Assembly: GCF_009914755.1 (NCBI RefSeq)
Contig: NC_060925.1
Strand: one strand, 5' to 3'
Length of the DNA stretch: 64,000 nucleotides
Source of the DNA: the human T2T-CHM13v2.0 reference genome, Homo sapiens
Shown here piece after piece: positions 1-14,718 of this stretch (the first letter of the stretch is position 1; every line of letters starts with the position of its first letter). The position numbers were made by a program, and so were the translations under genes. The notes below the pieces were generated by a model. The model was not told the origin of the DNA. It saw only the letters and a list, made by a program, of their open reading frames with translations, and ran no database searches.

Positions 1-123
1 AAGTATTTGTGCATTTAAACAGAGAAAAGTTCCATTAAAAATACAATCTTATAATCTTATAGGACCACTGTTGTTTATACAGTATGCCTTTGACCAGAGT
101 ATTGTTTTGTAGTGCATGGCTGT
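1..123. mobile_element. Tigger3/MER7-type DNA transposon end
   Basis: aatcttataggaccactg...tgcatggctg resembles the Tigger3 terminus. Confidence 0.55.
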
Positions 124-333
124 GTGTCATATATTCATGCACATTCAGATACTTTTAAGTGTTTTGATGTCCTAAGGATAGAGACCTGCCAGCAATGCAG
201 TTTTTAAGAAAAATATTCTCTGGTAAGCTAAACACTCATGACATTGGTTCTAACTCTAAAGCCTTCCCCTGTTAACAATTGCCTTTGACCCTATTTATCT
301 TGTCAGCATCTTTGTTTTAAAATCTCTCTGCTG

Positions 334-560
334 ATGTTAGATTTGTATGTAACTGTACAATATAAATGCAATGCACATAAATTACAAACTGAAATTACAG
401 GTGCAGGATTTCATGAAGTTGATGAAAGTAATACTAGAAAGCAGCTTGATTCTTCTGCAAAACCATTAGCAAATGACCATTTAGTGGAATTAGATCATTT
501 AACGAATGGAGAAAATTGACAAGGATAATGACATGGTATTACAGTAAAGAATGATGTGAA
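334..560 (+). mobile_element. Degenerate Tigger/pogo transposase fragment
   Basis: Peptide GFHEVDESNTRKQLDSSAKPLANDHLVELD resembles the acidic C-terminal segment of Tigger transposases. Confidence 0.4.
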
Positions 561-754
561 TTAATCATAGCTCACTCTCATCTGTTGGGGTTGTGTAGGG
601 AATCTGATGGATGATCACAGCATCAACAGTGTGCATGGTAGGCCCACACTGATGTAAACATGCAGCCAGAATCCTCTTAGGTGCATCTAAAGGGTATGGT
701 AAGAAGTCAGCACAGCCAGCATACCCAGCAGAATGATCAGCAGCTAGTGCTGTT

Positions 755-905
755 CCAAGCACTTTACATGGCTTAGCTTGTTCAATCCTCATGACAACCT
801 ATCATCCTCATTTTGCAGATGAGGAAACTGAGGTGCACACATACAAAGAAAAGCTAGATGATTTGTTCAAGATCATAAGGAGCCAGAGTGTGAACCCAGA
901 TAGTT
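755..905 (-). mobile_element. MIR fragment
   Basis: Core motif cattttgcagatgaggaaactgagg. Confidence 0.7.
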
Positions 906-1149
906 CCAAAAGGATTTGTGTGCTTTTCATCAGTATGATAGCAAAGGATTAAGAGAGGGTCCTTGGGGAACTGGGTGAAACGCTGGAATACTTTTGCAAA
1001 AACGACTTCTTTCTGAATATGCTGCAAAAAGTCAGTAATTTGACATGACGAATGTGGTATTATGCTATCAAAAATTTTGTTGGACAGATTATGCCAAAGA
1101 GAATAATCCCGACACTTGACTTACTCTCTGTTCACTCTCACACGTGATG

Positions 1150-1352
1150 CAGCACTGTCCAGCAGTGGTCAGCAGTGGTGGGTGTGTGCTGTGTCTCCAT
1201 CGTCCAGTATGGTCACCACTGGCCACAGCTGTCTTGACCACTTGAAATGTGGCCAGTATGACTAGGAACTGAATATTTAATTTTATTTAATTCTAATTAA
1301 TTTAAATGTAAGTAGTCACATGTGGCTGGTGGTGCTCTGCTGGACAGTGTGT
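1150..1352. mobile_element. MER3-like hAT-Charlie element
   Basis: Palindromic structure: cactgtccag...ctggacagtg ends, ccacatgtggct motifs. Confidence 0.65.
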
Positions 1353-1421
1353 GGTTGTGATTCAGACCTAAAGATGATTGACTATAAAAGAGGCATGTTT
1401 TGTCATCAAAATCTCATTTTC

Positions 1422-1713
1422 TTTTTTTTTTGAGATGGAGTCTCGCTCTGTCACTCAGGCTGGAGTGCAGTGGTGCGATCTTGGCTCACTGTAACCTCTG
1501 TCTCCTGGGTTCAAGCAGTTTTTGTGCCTTGGCCTCCCCAGTAGCTGGAATTACAGGCATCCGGCGCCATGCTTGGCTAATTTTTGTATTTTTAGTAGAA
1601 ACAGGGTTTCACCCTGTTGGCCAGGCTGGTCTCCAACTCCTGACCTCAGATGATCCGCCTGCCTCGGCCTCCCAAAGTGCTGGGATTATAGGTGGGAGCT
1701 GCTGCGCCCGGCT
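1422..1713 (-). mobile_element. Alu (S-type)
   Basis: Full antisense Alu; flanking TSD aaatctcatttt. Confidence 0.95.
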
Positions 1714-2163
1714 GAAATCTCATTTTTCGAGATGAAGTTTTCAAGCAGACCTTTTCACCACTATTAATTGAGAGGTTTTGGTCCCTATTTTAAGTGCATT
1801 TGCTTCAACATAATCTTTTTTTTTTTGTACCAATGATACTTGAATATATTAATTAGTACTGTTCCTATTATTGTTTGTTTCTACCCATTTCCAGAATGGA
1901 TTAGCACCAGCTTAGAGTAAAAGGTACAGACTCAGCAAATTCCAAACCAGGATTGCCCCATAGACCTCCTGAAGTTACGCAGTGTGGGTTCTCTACCCTA
2001 GATAGTTAAAACAAGGGTCAAAGAGTCTAATACAAGATGGGTGAGCAGTGACAGCAGCATGTCCAGGCGAAAGGATGTGGCTATCCCTGGGCACACACAA
2101 CTGGTTTGAGTGTCCCGATAGACTAGGCTAAGAAAGAAATAAGTATGAGCTCCTTTAAAGTAG

Positions 2164-2316
<153 letters not shown>

Positions 2317-2797
2317 TAACATCAGACACAGTTTCAAATATATTCATCATGAGGTGTGGCTGCTGGCCACATATGTTACTGAAAATAAAACTACTCACTT
2401 GTGTTTAAATAAGAGAAATGATATCAAATGAATACTCAAAATATATATTTTTTAAAATTTCAAATGGTCACATTTTATCTTATCCAAAACAGTGGATGAA
2501 TCAGGCATCTCCTTATTGAAATAGTTCCTTTTCTGGGAAAAAAAATATCAGATTTAGGAAATGTTTACTGAGCATGTATATCATGTAAAGGGGATATAAA
2601 AATGACTTACAACCCCATTCCTGCCCTTAAGGAGCTTATAGTTCAATAGGGAGATGAAAAGGAACAGGCAGGTATAGAGCAATCTCATTTTATAAAAGGG
2701 ATAAGGTCCTGCCGCTCACTGTTCCAGCCTCACCTTGGCAAGGGTGTGTTTGTTTACTAGGGAAACACTAACTGCCATATGGCAATAGCATATATTA

Positions 2798-3292
<495 letters not shown>

Positions 3293-5196
3293 TCAGAGGC
3301 TCTGGGACCATAACTCAACTCGGGGTGTCAGAGAAGAGCCTGTGACCGTAGTTGTGGGCCGACTGGAAATACAGGAGTGGTGCTCAGCTTCTCTCCCACC
3401 ATTGTGGTTCAGTTTTGTAGACCTAAGCAATAGGCTTTTAACCAGACATCTTTTGAGAAAAGGAAAAGGGCATTGTTAAGACTAGGCTTCAATTCCTCTG
3501 CCCGGTTTTGGGATCAATCAGTGGCACAGTTAGATATTTCGCTTCTTCCTGTATCTGGTGCAGAGCACGTCAGCTTCATATTGTGAATCGATTTAGGAGC
3601 AGCCTTAGTAAACAAGTTTCCCCTCCCATGCCAGCCTCAGCAAGTTGGTGGTGGCTGCCTACAGTTCTGTGTCAAAGCCTCTCCCATCATGTCTGAGCTC
3701 AGCAAGGAGGAATCTCTGTTCTTGTAGTCATGTCTGCCTGGACGGAAGGCCGGGGCCTTGCTCAGCAGTGGTGGAGCACAGCCTGGTCACACTGCCACAG
3801 GCATGTCCTTTGTCATGTATTTGAGGAAGCACAGGAGCACATCACACTTCTGGGACTCTGTGCTGTGTTCATGTGAAGGTAGCTTCGTCATCTTATCTGC
3901 TAAGACCTGGTTCTCAGACACATTCATGGCTTAACTGAGTAGAGTTTTAACTATTTTATTATCTCTTTTATTGGTATCTAATATGCTCTTTCTAATGAGC
4001 ATGCATTAAATTGGTGGCTGAAATAACAAGTGCTATGTATTCATGTTGTAAATAGCATGTATATGGTGAACAGTCTGAAAAGAGAAGAAACAGTCAATGT
4101 TAGATATTAAAGCATATCACTAAAGTATATTGTCTGTTGAAATGCTACATGAATGTTAACAGTTGACATCATTTCATACAATTACATTGATCTAGAAAAA
4201 TTACATCTATAAAAGATGTCTGTATGCTTATTCACGGTCTTCAAAAAAGATATGCCTTCTAAAAATCAAATTTATTGAGTTATATACAATGTATGCATAA
4301 CAAATTGCTTCTGTTTAAAGTATAAAATTTAATGGGTTTTATGTATATATGAAGCCGTCCCCACAATCAAAATATAGAATATTTTCCATCATCCTTAAAA
4401 GATTCCTCTTGTTTCTTTGCAGTTTTTTCTCCACTCTGGTCCCAGCCCCAGTCACCCATCTGCTTTTTGTCCTTATGGATTTGTTTGTGTTTTCTGGAGT
4501 TTTATAAAAATGTGCCTACCATTGTGCTGAATGACAGCAGGGAAGGTGCTCTGGTGTGTGCTGGAACTTCCCCATGAGCTGTAACTCAAGCTGTGGGGAC
4601 ACTCATGCAATTAGGATTCTTGGGAGGAGTTTGTTAAGAGGCCCTGGACGGTCCTGACACCATATGGTAGGAAAAGAACTAGGAATCAGAAGTAAATCTA
4701 AGAAGACAGTAGAATGTCTGCTAATGATAATTGAGTCCTATGTCTGTCCACCTATAAAAGGCACATACACAAACAATTTCTGAAATGTAAGGAGGCAAAG
4801 ACATAATTTAGGGTATCTCATTTTTTAAATCATATGATGTCGGTAGATGATTTTCTCCACTTAAGATAATTTTCAATTTGTTTTCCATTTGCCTTTATTA
4901 TAGAACTCCATCTTGGTGTTTTTTTTTTTTTTTTTTTTTTTTAAGTAATCCTAGATTTCATCCTAAAAATCTTGATTACTTTTCTGGTTAGACTCTTAAA
5001 AACACCCGAGCACTCTTGAGTTTTTTAAAGTGTCCTTCCCTTTGTTGTGTAGATAACTGTTTGGACATATCTGTTCTCCCTTATTCTGTCTGCAAAATAA
5101 GCCAATTAAAGAGTCTGGGAAAACATGTAACACTTGAGATAATTTTCACCCATATTAAAAGTCTAACATAGAAGAGTTAAAATGTGCTGTTTTTGA

Positions 5197-5418
<222 letters not shown>

Positions 5419-5489
5419 TAAGCAGGGTTTCTCAACCAAAATGGCAAGCGGTGTTCTGGATCTGACAGTTCTCTGTTGCTGTGTGCAAG

Positions 5490-5745
5490 TTTTAGACAGG
5501 GTTTTGCTCTCTCACTCAGGCTGGAGTGCATTAGTGCGATGATAGCACACTACAGCCTCGAACTCCTGGGCTCAAATGTTCCTCCCGCCTCAGCCTCCCA
5601 AGTAGCTAGGACTACAGGCATGTACTACTCCACTCAGCTAATTTTTAAATTTTTGTAGAGATGGGGTCTCCCTATGTTGTGCAGGCTGGTCTCAAACTCC
5701 TGGCCTCAGGCCTTCCTTTCTCTTCAGCCTTCCCATTCTCTGGAG
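5490..5745 (-). mobile_element. Alu (J-type, degraded)
   Basis: Antisense dimer with AluJ diagnostics (ctcctgggctcaa). Confidence 0.85.
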
Positions 5746-6221
5746 TCCTGTCTAGTTCAAGGTGTTTAGCAGCATTCCTACAGGGTTATTGTAAGGACCA
5801 AATGAAATGACATACAGAGGGCTCAGTGGTGCCTTGTACACAGAAAATGCTCGATTATCTGTCTTGCTCTAGCACAAACTTCGGGGTCTATTTGGTTAGT
5901 TTCTTGAGTTATATAAAAGGAGAGGAAATGTTACTCAGGTCCAAGAACAGGAGCTCTCATAGGACCAGGCTTAATGGAGACTAGAAAGAGGAGTTCTAGA
6001 CCTCAGGATTCTGGGATCCCCTCAGCTGCAAGAGTTCATGTATCTTTACTCTGGCGGTGTGTCACTCATGTGACTCAGCTGCTCTCAGACACTCAAAGTC
6101 GATGACAAGGTGGAGATACAGGTAGTTGTTAAAATAGACAGATTAAGAAAAAACATGTTTGTCCAAATTAATCTGACTTTTTGATTCAGTGTTCTGGATA
6201 ATTCACTATTCAACAGTTATC

Positions 6222-6515
6222 TTTTTTCTTTTTGAGATGGAGTTTTGCTCTTTCTCCCAGGCTGGAGTGAAGTGGTGTGATCTCAGCTCACTGCAACCTC
6301 TGCCCCGTGGGTTCAAGTGATTCTTCTGCCTCAGCCCCCTGAGTAGCTAGGATTATAGGTGCCCACCACCACGCCCAGTTAATTTTTGTATTTTTAGTAG
6401 AGACAGGGTCTTGCCATGTTGGCCAGGCTGGTCTCAAACTCCTGACCTCAGGTAATCCACCCGCCTTGGCCTCCCAAAGTGCCAGGATTACAGGTGTGAG
6501 CCACCGCGCCCAGCC
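6222..6515 (-). mobile_element. Alu (S-type)
   Basis: Full antisense Alu; TSD attcaacagttatct. Confidence 0.95.
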
Positions 6516-7852
6516 ATTCAACAGTTATCTTACTTTGGAATGTCATTATGCTATTTTCAAAATTCCACAGGATCCTGTGTGACCCATAGTAAGTTCACTA
6601 CAGAACTTTGTAAATCTATGCTGTATAAATCTTGGTTTAAATTGACTGTCATAGGCTTGAGCAAAGTGCGGTGTATTCTTTTGACTGTCTTCTTCTGTAT
6701 GTATAGATATACATTTATATTGTGTTCAATCTCTCTGTAAAATACCCATTTCCCCTTTGTAAATCTTGTAAGAACAATAGTAAAATCACAAGTAAGCTTG
6801 TTAGGGTAGAGGTGTCAGCATTTGTCCAGGGAGGCTGGGTTGAATGGGCTTCCTTAGAAAACCTGGAGCTGCATCACTTTTCATCCCTGCTCCTGTTTTA
6901 GATACATCTAGAACTACTAAATAATTTCTACCCCGCTGGCCTTGCTCACCTCGGCAGGTGGCGATGCCTGTCCTGTGGGTGGGGACATGGGGGCAGCCTG
7001 GCCATGTGAGTGCACACACCTTACCGGGTGTGGAGCCCACACCTGGTAAGTGTTGTGGATCTTGAGAACACCCCTTCACGTTGTCCTTTGACCAAGATGT
7101 GGGCTTGTAGTTTGGTTTCATTGCAGTTATTTGGCCTTTTTATGGAATCTTAGTATTTCCCAAGCACACCAGTCGTTAACATGTAAGCTTTTGATGAAAG
7201 AAAAGCTGGCGTTATTTTCTGTCTTACTGAATAATAAAATGAGACATAGTAATATCACTTCACTAAGAGCCAAGAAGAGAAGCAGTAATTTGAACCCTTC
7301 AGTCACTAATTATTATTCTGAAATTTACTTTATGAAAAGCCTCTGGCTTCCTGGCCTCATTATTCATGTCTAATTTATGCTCATTAGTTATATTTTATTT
7401 TTAATCTTGAAAGCCAAAGGCTTTGGGAATTAGCTAGGGCCATAGCCTCCCAGAATCCACTGGCACCACAGTCCATGTTCTATCTTTCATTTTGTTTTTA
7501 AATTCAGTAATGAAGAAAATATTCCATATGCATTAGCAGCTTCTACTGAGAGAGCCATAAATCTTTCTAGACCAGCGTGTTTAAGTTTAATTAAATACCA
7601 GATCTAATGCTAAATAGATCTCCTTTGCATTTTCCTTGTACTTCTGCAGAGTTGAGTATTGCTGGTGGGACCTGTCAGTAGTCAGGGAAGACGACCTGGT
7701 GAGATGTGTCAGTCAGGAGAAGGGGCAGCTCCAGAGGCCCGCTTGTCTTCTTTCCTCCAAGCAGTAATGAGTCCCCATGGAAACATGCAGGGAAATTATG
7801 GTTACTTTCATCTCCTTTTTTACCTGTAGAGCAAATTTACAATGTCCCTCTA

Positions 7853-8105
7853 CAGATGCTCCTGGACTTAGGAGGGGGCTGTGTCCCAATAAAGCCATAG
7901 TATATTCAAAATATCATTAGTTGAAATGCATTCAGTACTTGATAAACCCATCGTAAAAGTGAAAAAATCGTAAGTTGAACCATTGTTAAGTCCAGATGCT
8001 CCTTGACTTAGTGATGCAGTTATATCTGGATAAATCTGTTGTTAATTCAAAAAATGTCAAGTTGAAAAGTGTTAAGTTGAACCGTCTTAAGTCAGGAACC
8101 ATCTG
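7853..8105. mobile_element. TcMar-Tigger MITE (MER47-like)
   Basis: TA|cagatgctcc...ggaaccatctg|TA terminal inverted repeats, with an internal second copy of the left TIR near 7993. Confidence 0.7.
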
Positions 8106-8364
8106 TATGGTGATAGCTTAGAATAAGTAGTTTGTGCTGCTCATCTTATCTAAGGTTTTAAAAGCTACTTAGTGATGTTTTCATTTGTTGGCCAGTGATC
8201 TTAGTGTTGTAGAAATTGACTCTTTTCTTGTTTTATAAATAAGTTATCTGAAACCTAAAGATTTAAAGTGGTTGTGTTGTCTAAAACCTACTGGCCTTCT
8301 TACTACCCCTAGAGCTTTTTGCAAGAGGCTGTCTAGCTGCATTTTCACTACTGAGAAACTGTGT

Positions 8365-8520
8365 AAGTAGTTCAGAGCATGGGCTCTGGGCTCAGACTGC
8401 CTAGGTTCAAGTCTTAGCGCTGCCAGTTATTAGCTGTGTGACTTTGGGGAGGTCACTGAACCTCATTTTTTGCCTTTGGAAGTGGAATTATTTATTTAGT
8501 AAGTGATAATTAAATGAATG
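8365..8520 (+). mobile_element. MIR
   Basis: agagcatgggctctgg...cagactgcctaggttcaa...agctgtgtgactttgg. Confidence 0.7.
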
Positions 8521-10036
8521 AACAAGTATGAATAAGTAGTCCACTTACAAAGCCCTCACCCTGCCAGTATGATCAAGGACTTTGTGTTTTTGTCTGTTTT
8601 TCGTTTTGTTTTGTTTTTTTCTTTCCCTCCCAATTACCTTGCTGTAAAATTCACAGACACGCCATTCTACCTTCGGTCCTTGAGTGTTGCTATCATCTAT
8701 AAAATGGTAAAATTTAAGATGATCACTTGTCAGAAATTTCTGAACTATTACATGAAAAGGATCATAACTTTGAAGAGTAGCATCGTCTGAGAGACAGAAA
8801 CAAATTGCCTCTTTAGGAATGTACTTCCCAGTGGTTGCCTTCGTGAATCAGTTCTTCTGGTTAATAAAATATGTCCTCATTAGAAACTGTGTTTGCAGAG
8901 ACACATTAACCCTTTCAGGTTATCAGGGTAGCAATAAATGATCAGCCAAATTCCAGGCCTGTCTGCTGATGCTCTACCACTGCTTTGGTTTTTTTCTACT
9001 TCTTAAAAGTAATGGCAAAATACATCTAGTATAAGGTGAATTTTACCAGCTTAACTGTTTTATGTGTGCACTTCAGTAGTAGTATATACATTCTTATATT
9101 GTGCAGCCATCACCACCATCTGTTCCCAGAACTGTTCATTACTACTGCTTTTTAGTTTCAGTTACTAGGGTTTCAAACTCTGTTCAGCCCACATTTAGTT
9201 GAAACCTGAATGGATGTGGTAAGTGTGAAGAGAACCTGTTCCCCCAGCCTTTTAGGTTGGTTTGATATTAGTCTGAGTCTCTTCTCTGGAAGTTTGGGTG
9301 GAGCATCAGATACAGCCAGGTTGGAGCTGGCTGCCACCCGCACTCCTGTGCTCCAGATTTTAGGTAACCCTGAACTTCAGGGGAGAAGTGCATCTTTAGG
9401 GATGAGGACCAGTTCAACCATTCCAGGGCTGTTAGGAATTAAGTGCATATTGTGCTGTTCTTGACATAAATAAAAAAGGAATCTATTAAATGGCAATCAT
9501 GAAATCACTTCTGCTCTTGGGTGATATGATGTGATCTAATTACTAGTGTAGGCTTATCAGTGGTCTGTTTTGGTAGTTTCAGAGCCTGCCTGCTGCCTTG
9601 CTCTGGGGTGAGATGGGGGTCATAGTGTTATGGTGAACGTAGTTGTCATTGTCCCACAGGGTTGGCATAGCTTCCAAGGTGATTGACGGTGTAGAAGAAT
9701 TTGACACAATGGGCAGGCAGCTTATCTTCTTATAAGGTTTTTAAATTTAAAGACTCCAGTTTTTTAAAATGCCCCTGGTAAACATGTAAGCATCATTTAC
9801 TGAACAGCAAAGCCAGCCTTTTGCTTTCATGGAGTTTTATTCCAGGTTTGTGTTTGCTTGAGTTAGCTTCTATTTCCCCAAAATACAAACTTTAAAAATA
9901 TGAGTATTTAAAGGTTTGACTTAGTAATAAAATTATATTTTAAAAGTGAATGTCGATTTTTTTCTCAATTTGGAGGTCAGTTTGAAATTACTTGTTAGTG
10001 CTTCCCAAGGCATTGTTGGCAGGTGGTGCGGCTTGA

Positions 10037-10279
<243 letters not shown>

Positions 10280-11190
10280 GGCTATGGGACAGAAGTGCCG
10301 CCAGGGACACTGTCCAGAGGCTTTGGCTGCATGGTCTGAAAGAGCTGGAGAATGAAAGACTTAAGATGTTCTAATTCGTAGTATTGGTATACATAGAAAA
10401 TCCTTTGGGGTTTATGTAGTATATTTTGATGTATTTTACATCGTGTTTTTCTTACTATTTTTTAATACATAGTTTTATGCAGTAAGTATTGCAATAGAAT
10501 CCTGAAAATTGACCCTGGGATGAGATTAATTCAATAGAAAAATTGCTGACTCTTGGGACCTTTCCGTGTTTGGTTCTCGTCTTGGCTCAGTGGTTTGGTG
10601 TTCCCTCGTCTGCACTGGAAACTACATAAAACTTGGCTTTTTACTTTGGGTACATGGGCGTATAATTCAGCCCTGTTTAAATATACTTGCCTTTCAAATT
10701 CTTCAAGTAACATGGGAAGTATTCTTGAAATGTCACATTTTCTGCCTTCCCTCTAAGTATGCTTTCTGAAGAAGTCAGGGAAAGTTAGAGTCTGTGGCCT
10801 GAGGTGTCTGCTCTGGGTGGCGATAGTGGGCACCTCAGGCAGGTCGGTGACGTTTAGCACAGGTGCCAGGGCTCCTGCCTGCTCCTCCTGTGTTAGCTCT
10901 GTGAAGTTCATTTAGGAATTTTTTTTCCTATGCAGTTTAAGAAATAACCCTAATTGTTTTTTCTTATTACCTAAGCAATATATTTTTATTATAGCAACCT
11001 CAGAAAAGAAAAATAAAAGGATAATTTAAAAAACTCATTCATAGTCTCAGTTACCCAGATAACCTCGGTTGTCACCTTGGAGTATCTTGTTGTAGTCCCT
11101 TTACTATGTGTATGTATATAGATGTGCATATAAATATATATAGTAGCTAAATTGGATCATAAATGCATTTTTTTAAAGTTACCTTTTTTC
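10280..11190 (+). other. URB2: URB2 3' UTR (end approximate)
   Basis: AT-rich, repeat-free sequence after the stop codon. AATAAA at 11012-11017, TATAAA at 11129, CATAAA at 11158 followed by a U-rich tract. Confidence 0.7.
11012..11017 (+). terminator. Candidate polyadenylation signal AATAAA
   Basis: Canonical hexamer about 730 nt after the stop codon. Confidence 0.55.
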
Positions 11191-12879
11191 CTGTGTAATA
11201 TTTAAGTAACTCTGGGTCAGTGAAAACATTCGACATATATTTTTTTTGGCTGCATAGTAGTCCATTGAGTAGATATTGTTGTTTTATTTAATAAGTACAC
11301 CATGGTTAGACATAGGTATCTGTCCAAATTCCCTTTTATAGATGGTGCTTGCAGCTGAATTATTTTCAGAAGATGAATTCTCATGAGTTGTATTATTTGT
11401 CAGAAAACCACATCATTTTTAAAGGATTTATATAAATATTGCCAAATTGCCCCCTAGAATATTACTAATTTATTTTCCTACTAGTGAGTCAACTTTAATA
11501 TTACTGATTTTTGTTTCTTTATGCTTCCTTGATAGGAGAGAGATGTTATTCTGTTTTGAATTTCTTTAATTACTAAGAGATTATACATTTTTCACATTTA
11601 CCATTTTTATTTCTTATGTAAATTATGTTTATATAATTATCTTTCTTCTGTAATAGCACATTTCTCAATTGGGATATTTACCATTTTTCTTATTCACTAT
11701 CTTTGGGGGAATCATGTTGGAATTCCCTTTTTAATTAGTTCAAAATGCAGACTTTTAAAGTTATTTGAAGGATCATCCTTAAGCAAAGGCTTTTTTTTTT
11801 TAACACTGTATTTTCAAGCAGATGTGATTGGAGCAGACAATATAAAATGAATGTCTTTGATACCTAAGAGAAATGGCCCTTGTTTTACGCCCCACATTTG
11901 ATTTTATTTCCTGTGCTATCTTGTGGGGGCTGGGGGACAGTCCTGCCTTACGCACTGCACATGTCATCTGTTCCCTTCCCTTCCTCATCTAGACTGTGTG
12001 TGCAGAGGGCCTTTCGAAGCTCTGGCCACCAGAAATGTCTTCGGCTGGTCTGGCATCCTTTCGCTTAATGCTTTGTGTTGACAGAATTTTGTTTCTGTAG
12101 TAAACTCCCTGAAGGAGCCTCGAAGAGAGTCTGGTGGCGCCATTTCTTGTTAACAATTGGAGATGGGTGTTGGTGTGAGCGGGCGACCTTTCAAGGACAC
12201 GAGCTGTAAACAAGCGGGAGCTAAAACACGGTCTTAGGTTTGCCTCTGGTTCAAGTGCCCAGACCGGAAGCTCACTGTCTCCAAGGCCTTCATGGAGCCA
12301 TGGCTAGTTTTTCCTGTGCTGAAAGTTCTGAAGGCCAGAGGTGAGGGGACCATCCTTTCCCCCTGCCTTGGGAATGCTGGGTGAGCTGACGAACGTGGAG
12401 CAGTTCATCAGGCGTCCTGGTGGTGGCACTGCAGGGCCTTTCGAAGGGAGTTGGCAGCGGCTGCCAGGTAGTCAGCCTTGAAGGAAGGGAAGGACGAAGA
12501 GAAGGCTGGGACTCCACCTCCTCCCTGCACAGCTCTGAAGGGCTCTCTGCTGTGTTCCCATTTCTGGGGAAGCAGTCACAGGTTCCTCACAGTCATTTCT
12601 ATTTGAACTCTAAACGCTCCTCAGCAAAGAATTTGTTTTAACTCCATTTTGCTGATTCATAGGGTAGAAGAAACATGTTTCTGGCTGGCAAATATGGAGG
12701 CTCTGTTGTTCATTTTTATCCTGTTAGAATAGACCTCACAAGCAAAGAGAGTTGGCCCAGCCAGCTCTCCACATGGCAGAGTTGGGGACTCAGCTTGGGG
12801 AACGGCAAAATGCTGGGCTTCAGAGAGACTGTCCCCACTGGACTTGCTGTGGCTCCAGACCCCCATCACCTCACAGATG

Positions 12880-13165
12880 TGCATGAATCACCTGTCTGTA
12901 CCAGGCACGGAGACATGGCCCTGGTCCTCAGGGAGCTTTCTAGTAGAGGACATTGACAATGAGCCAGGAAACAAATAGGCCAGGGGGTGATCGCGGGGTT
13001 GGCAGCAAAGCAGACAAGTTCAGTGGCTGGAGAAAGAGGTGATATTTGAACTGAGACCTGCCTGGGTGGTGAGAGGCGCCCCTGGAAGGGCCTGGGGTGC
13101 TGATCCTTAATGCCTGCACTGAATCCATGTGGCAGCCTGGTTTTGGCTGAGGGCGGACACCTGAA
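12880..13165 (-). mobile_element. L2 fragment
   Basis: ccctggtcctcagggagctttctagtag and gaggtgatatttgaactgagacct are typical L2 3' motifs. Confidence 0.55.
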
Positions 13166-13477
13166 GGGAGGGGTGGGCGTAAGGGGAGTTGGGTGAGAGA
13201 AGGCTCAGCGGGGTGACTTTGCCTGGGATGTTGCCTTGGGCGGTCCTGGACAGTAGTACATCAGGGGGCCCCCAATGGCACAGACAACACACAGCCCCGT
13301 TCTCGACCTTGCCCTTGACCGCTGCTTGTGGACCACAGTGGGTGGGTCTCCTTCACAGCCTGTCTTCTGCAGCTTCCCGGACTCAGCCTCCTACAGTAGC
13401 TGTGGAAACTGCCCAATGTTAAGGAGTGATGTGAAGTCTCCAGAAAAAAAGACAGCAAAGAGGGGGTGTCTACTTGA

Positions 13478-13822
<345 letters not shown>

Positions 13823-14456
13823 TAACTCATAGAGGTAACTTTGATTTATTGCCGGCATGCCAGGCTATAGCCTGAATTCTTTTGTCTAATAAGCTCATAC
13901 GTTTCTGCTTTATGTCTCATAAAAGCCGCTGTAGAGGCAGCAGCAGTGTCGTTTTTGATTCCTCATTCCCTTGTGCAACTTCTGAACACTCTCCTTTTTT
14001 TTTAAATTTTACTTTGTCGTTTACCTTTTCCATCTCTTCCAGCAGACAAGTTCAGTGGCTGGAGGGAGAGGTGATATTCACCCTTTCCCCCTCAGCCTGT
14101 ATGTCTCTCGTGTTTCTCTAATGGATGTTACTTCTGTTGCCCTGTGCTTTCTTGTCCCCACGTCCTTCCAACACCATTCTGCCATCCCCACTCACTGACT
14201 TCTCTGCCCTCCCTCCCTGGTGTGTCTGGGCCACCTCTCTCAATCACTCCTGCTTGCTGGTGACCTCTCTTCTTTCCCAGTCTTCCCTCTTGTTTCCTGC
14301 TGATATTTTTTGTAGCCTCATGTCCACACTGGGGACCCTTCTGAAATGTCCTGACCCCACATTCCCAGGACTGCCACCCCTGCCCATCTGCCATCGCTGA
14401 TGTGAGAACTCACACTTGAGCCTCCTTGTTGGACTCTTCTTGGCTTCCCTTGCTCC

Positions 14457-14718
14457 TTTTTTTTAAGAGGCTGGAGTACAGTGGTGTGATCCTAGCTCAC
14501 TGCAGCCTCCAACTCCTGGGCTGAAGTGCTCCTCCCATGTCAGCCTCCCAAGTAGCTAGGACTACAGGTGCATGCCACCACGCCTCGCTAATCTTTTTTA
14601 AGTAGAGATGGGATTTCGCTCTTGCCCTGGCTGGAATTGAACTCCTGGGCTCAGGTGATCCTCTTGCCTTGGCCTCCAAAGTGCTGGGATTACAGGTGTA
14701 AGCCACCGTGCCTGGCCC
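14457..14718 (-). mobile_element. Alu (J-type)
   Basis: Antisense dimer. Confidence 0.9.

Noticed and set aside
6950-6965. CTCF-like cggcaggtggcg (similar weak match near 46165)
   Set aside because: Only a partial motif match; not supportable without ChIP data.
7853-8105. Internal second TIR in the Tigger MITE as a novel rearrangement
   Set aside because: Probably part of a known subfamily consensus.
12006-12447. 14-mer agggcctttcgaag repeated ~430 bp apart in a slightly CpG-richer patch
   Set aside because: Short enough to arise by chance in 64 kb, and the spacing does not fit a heat-shock element.
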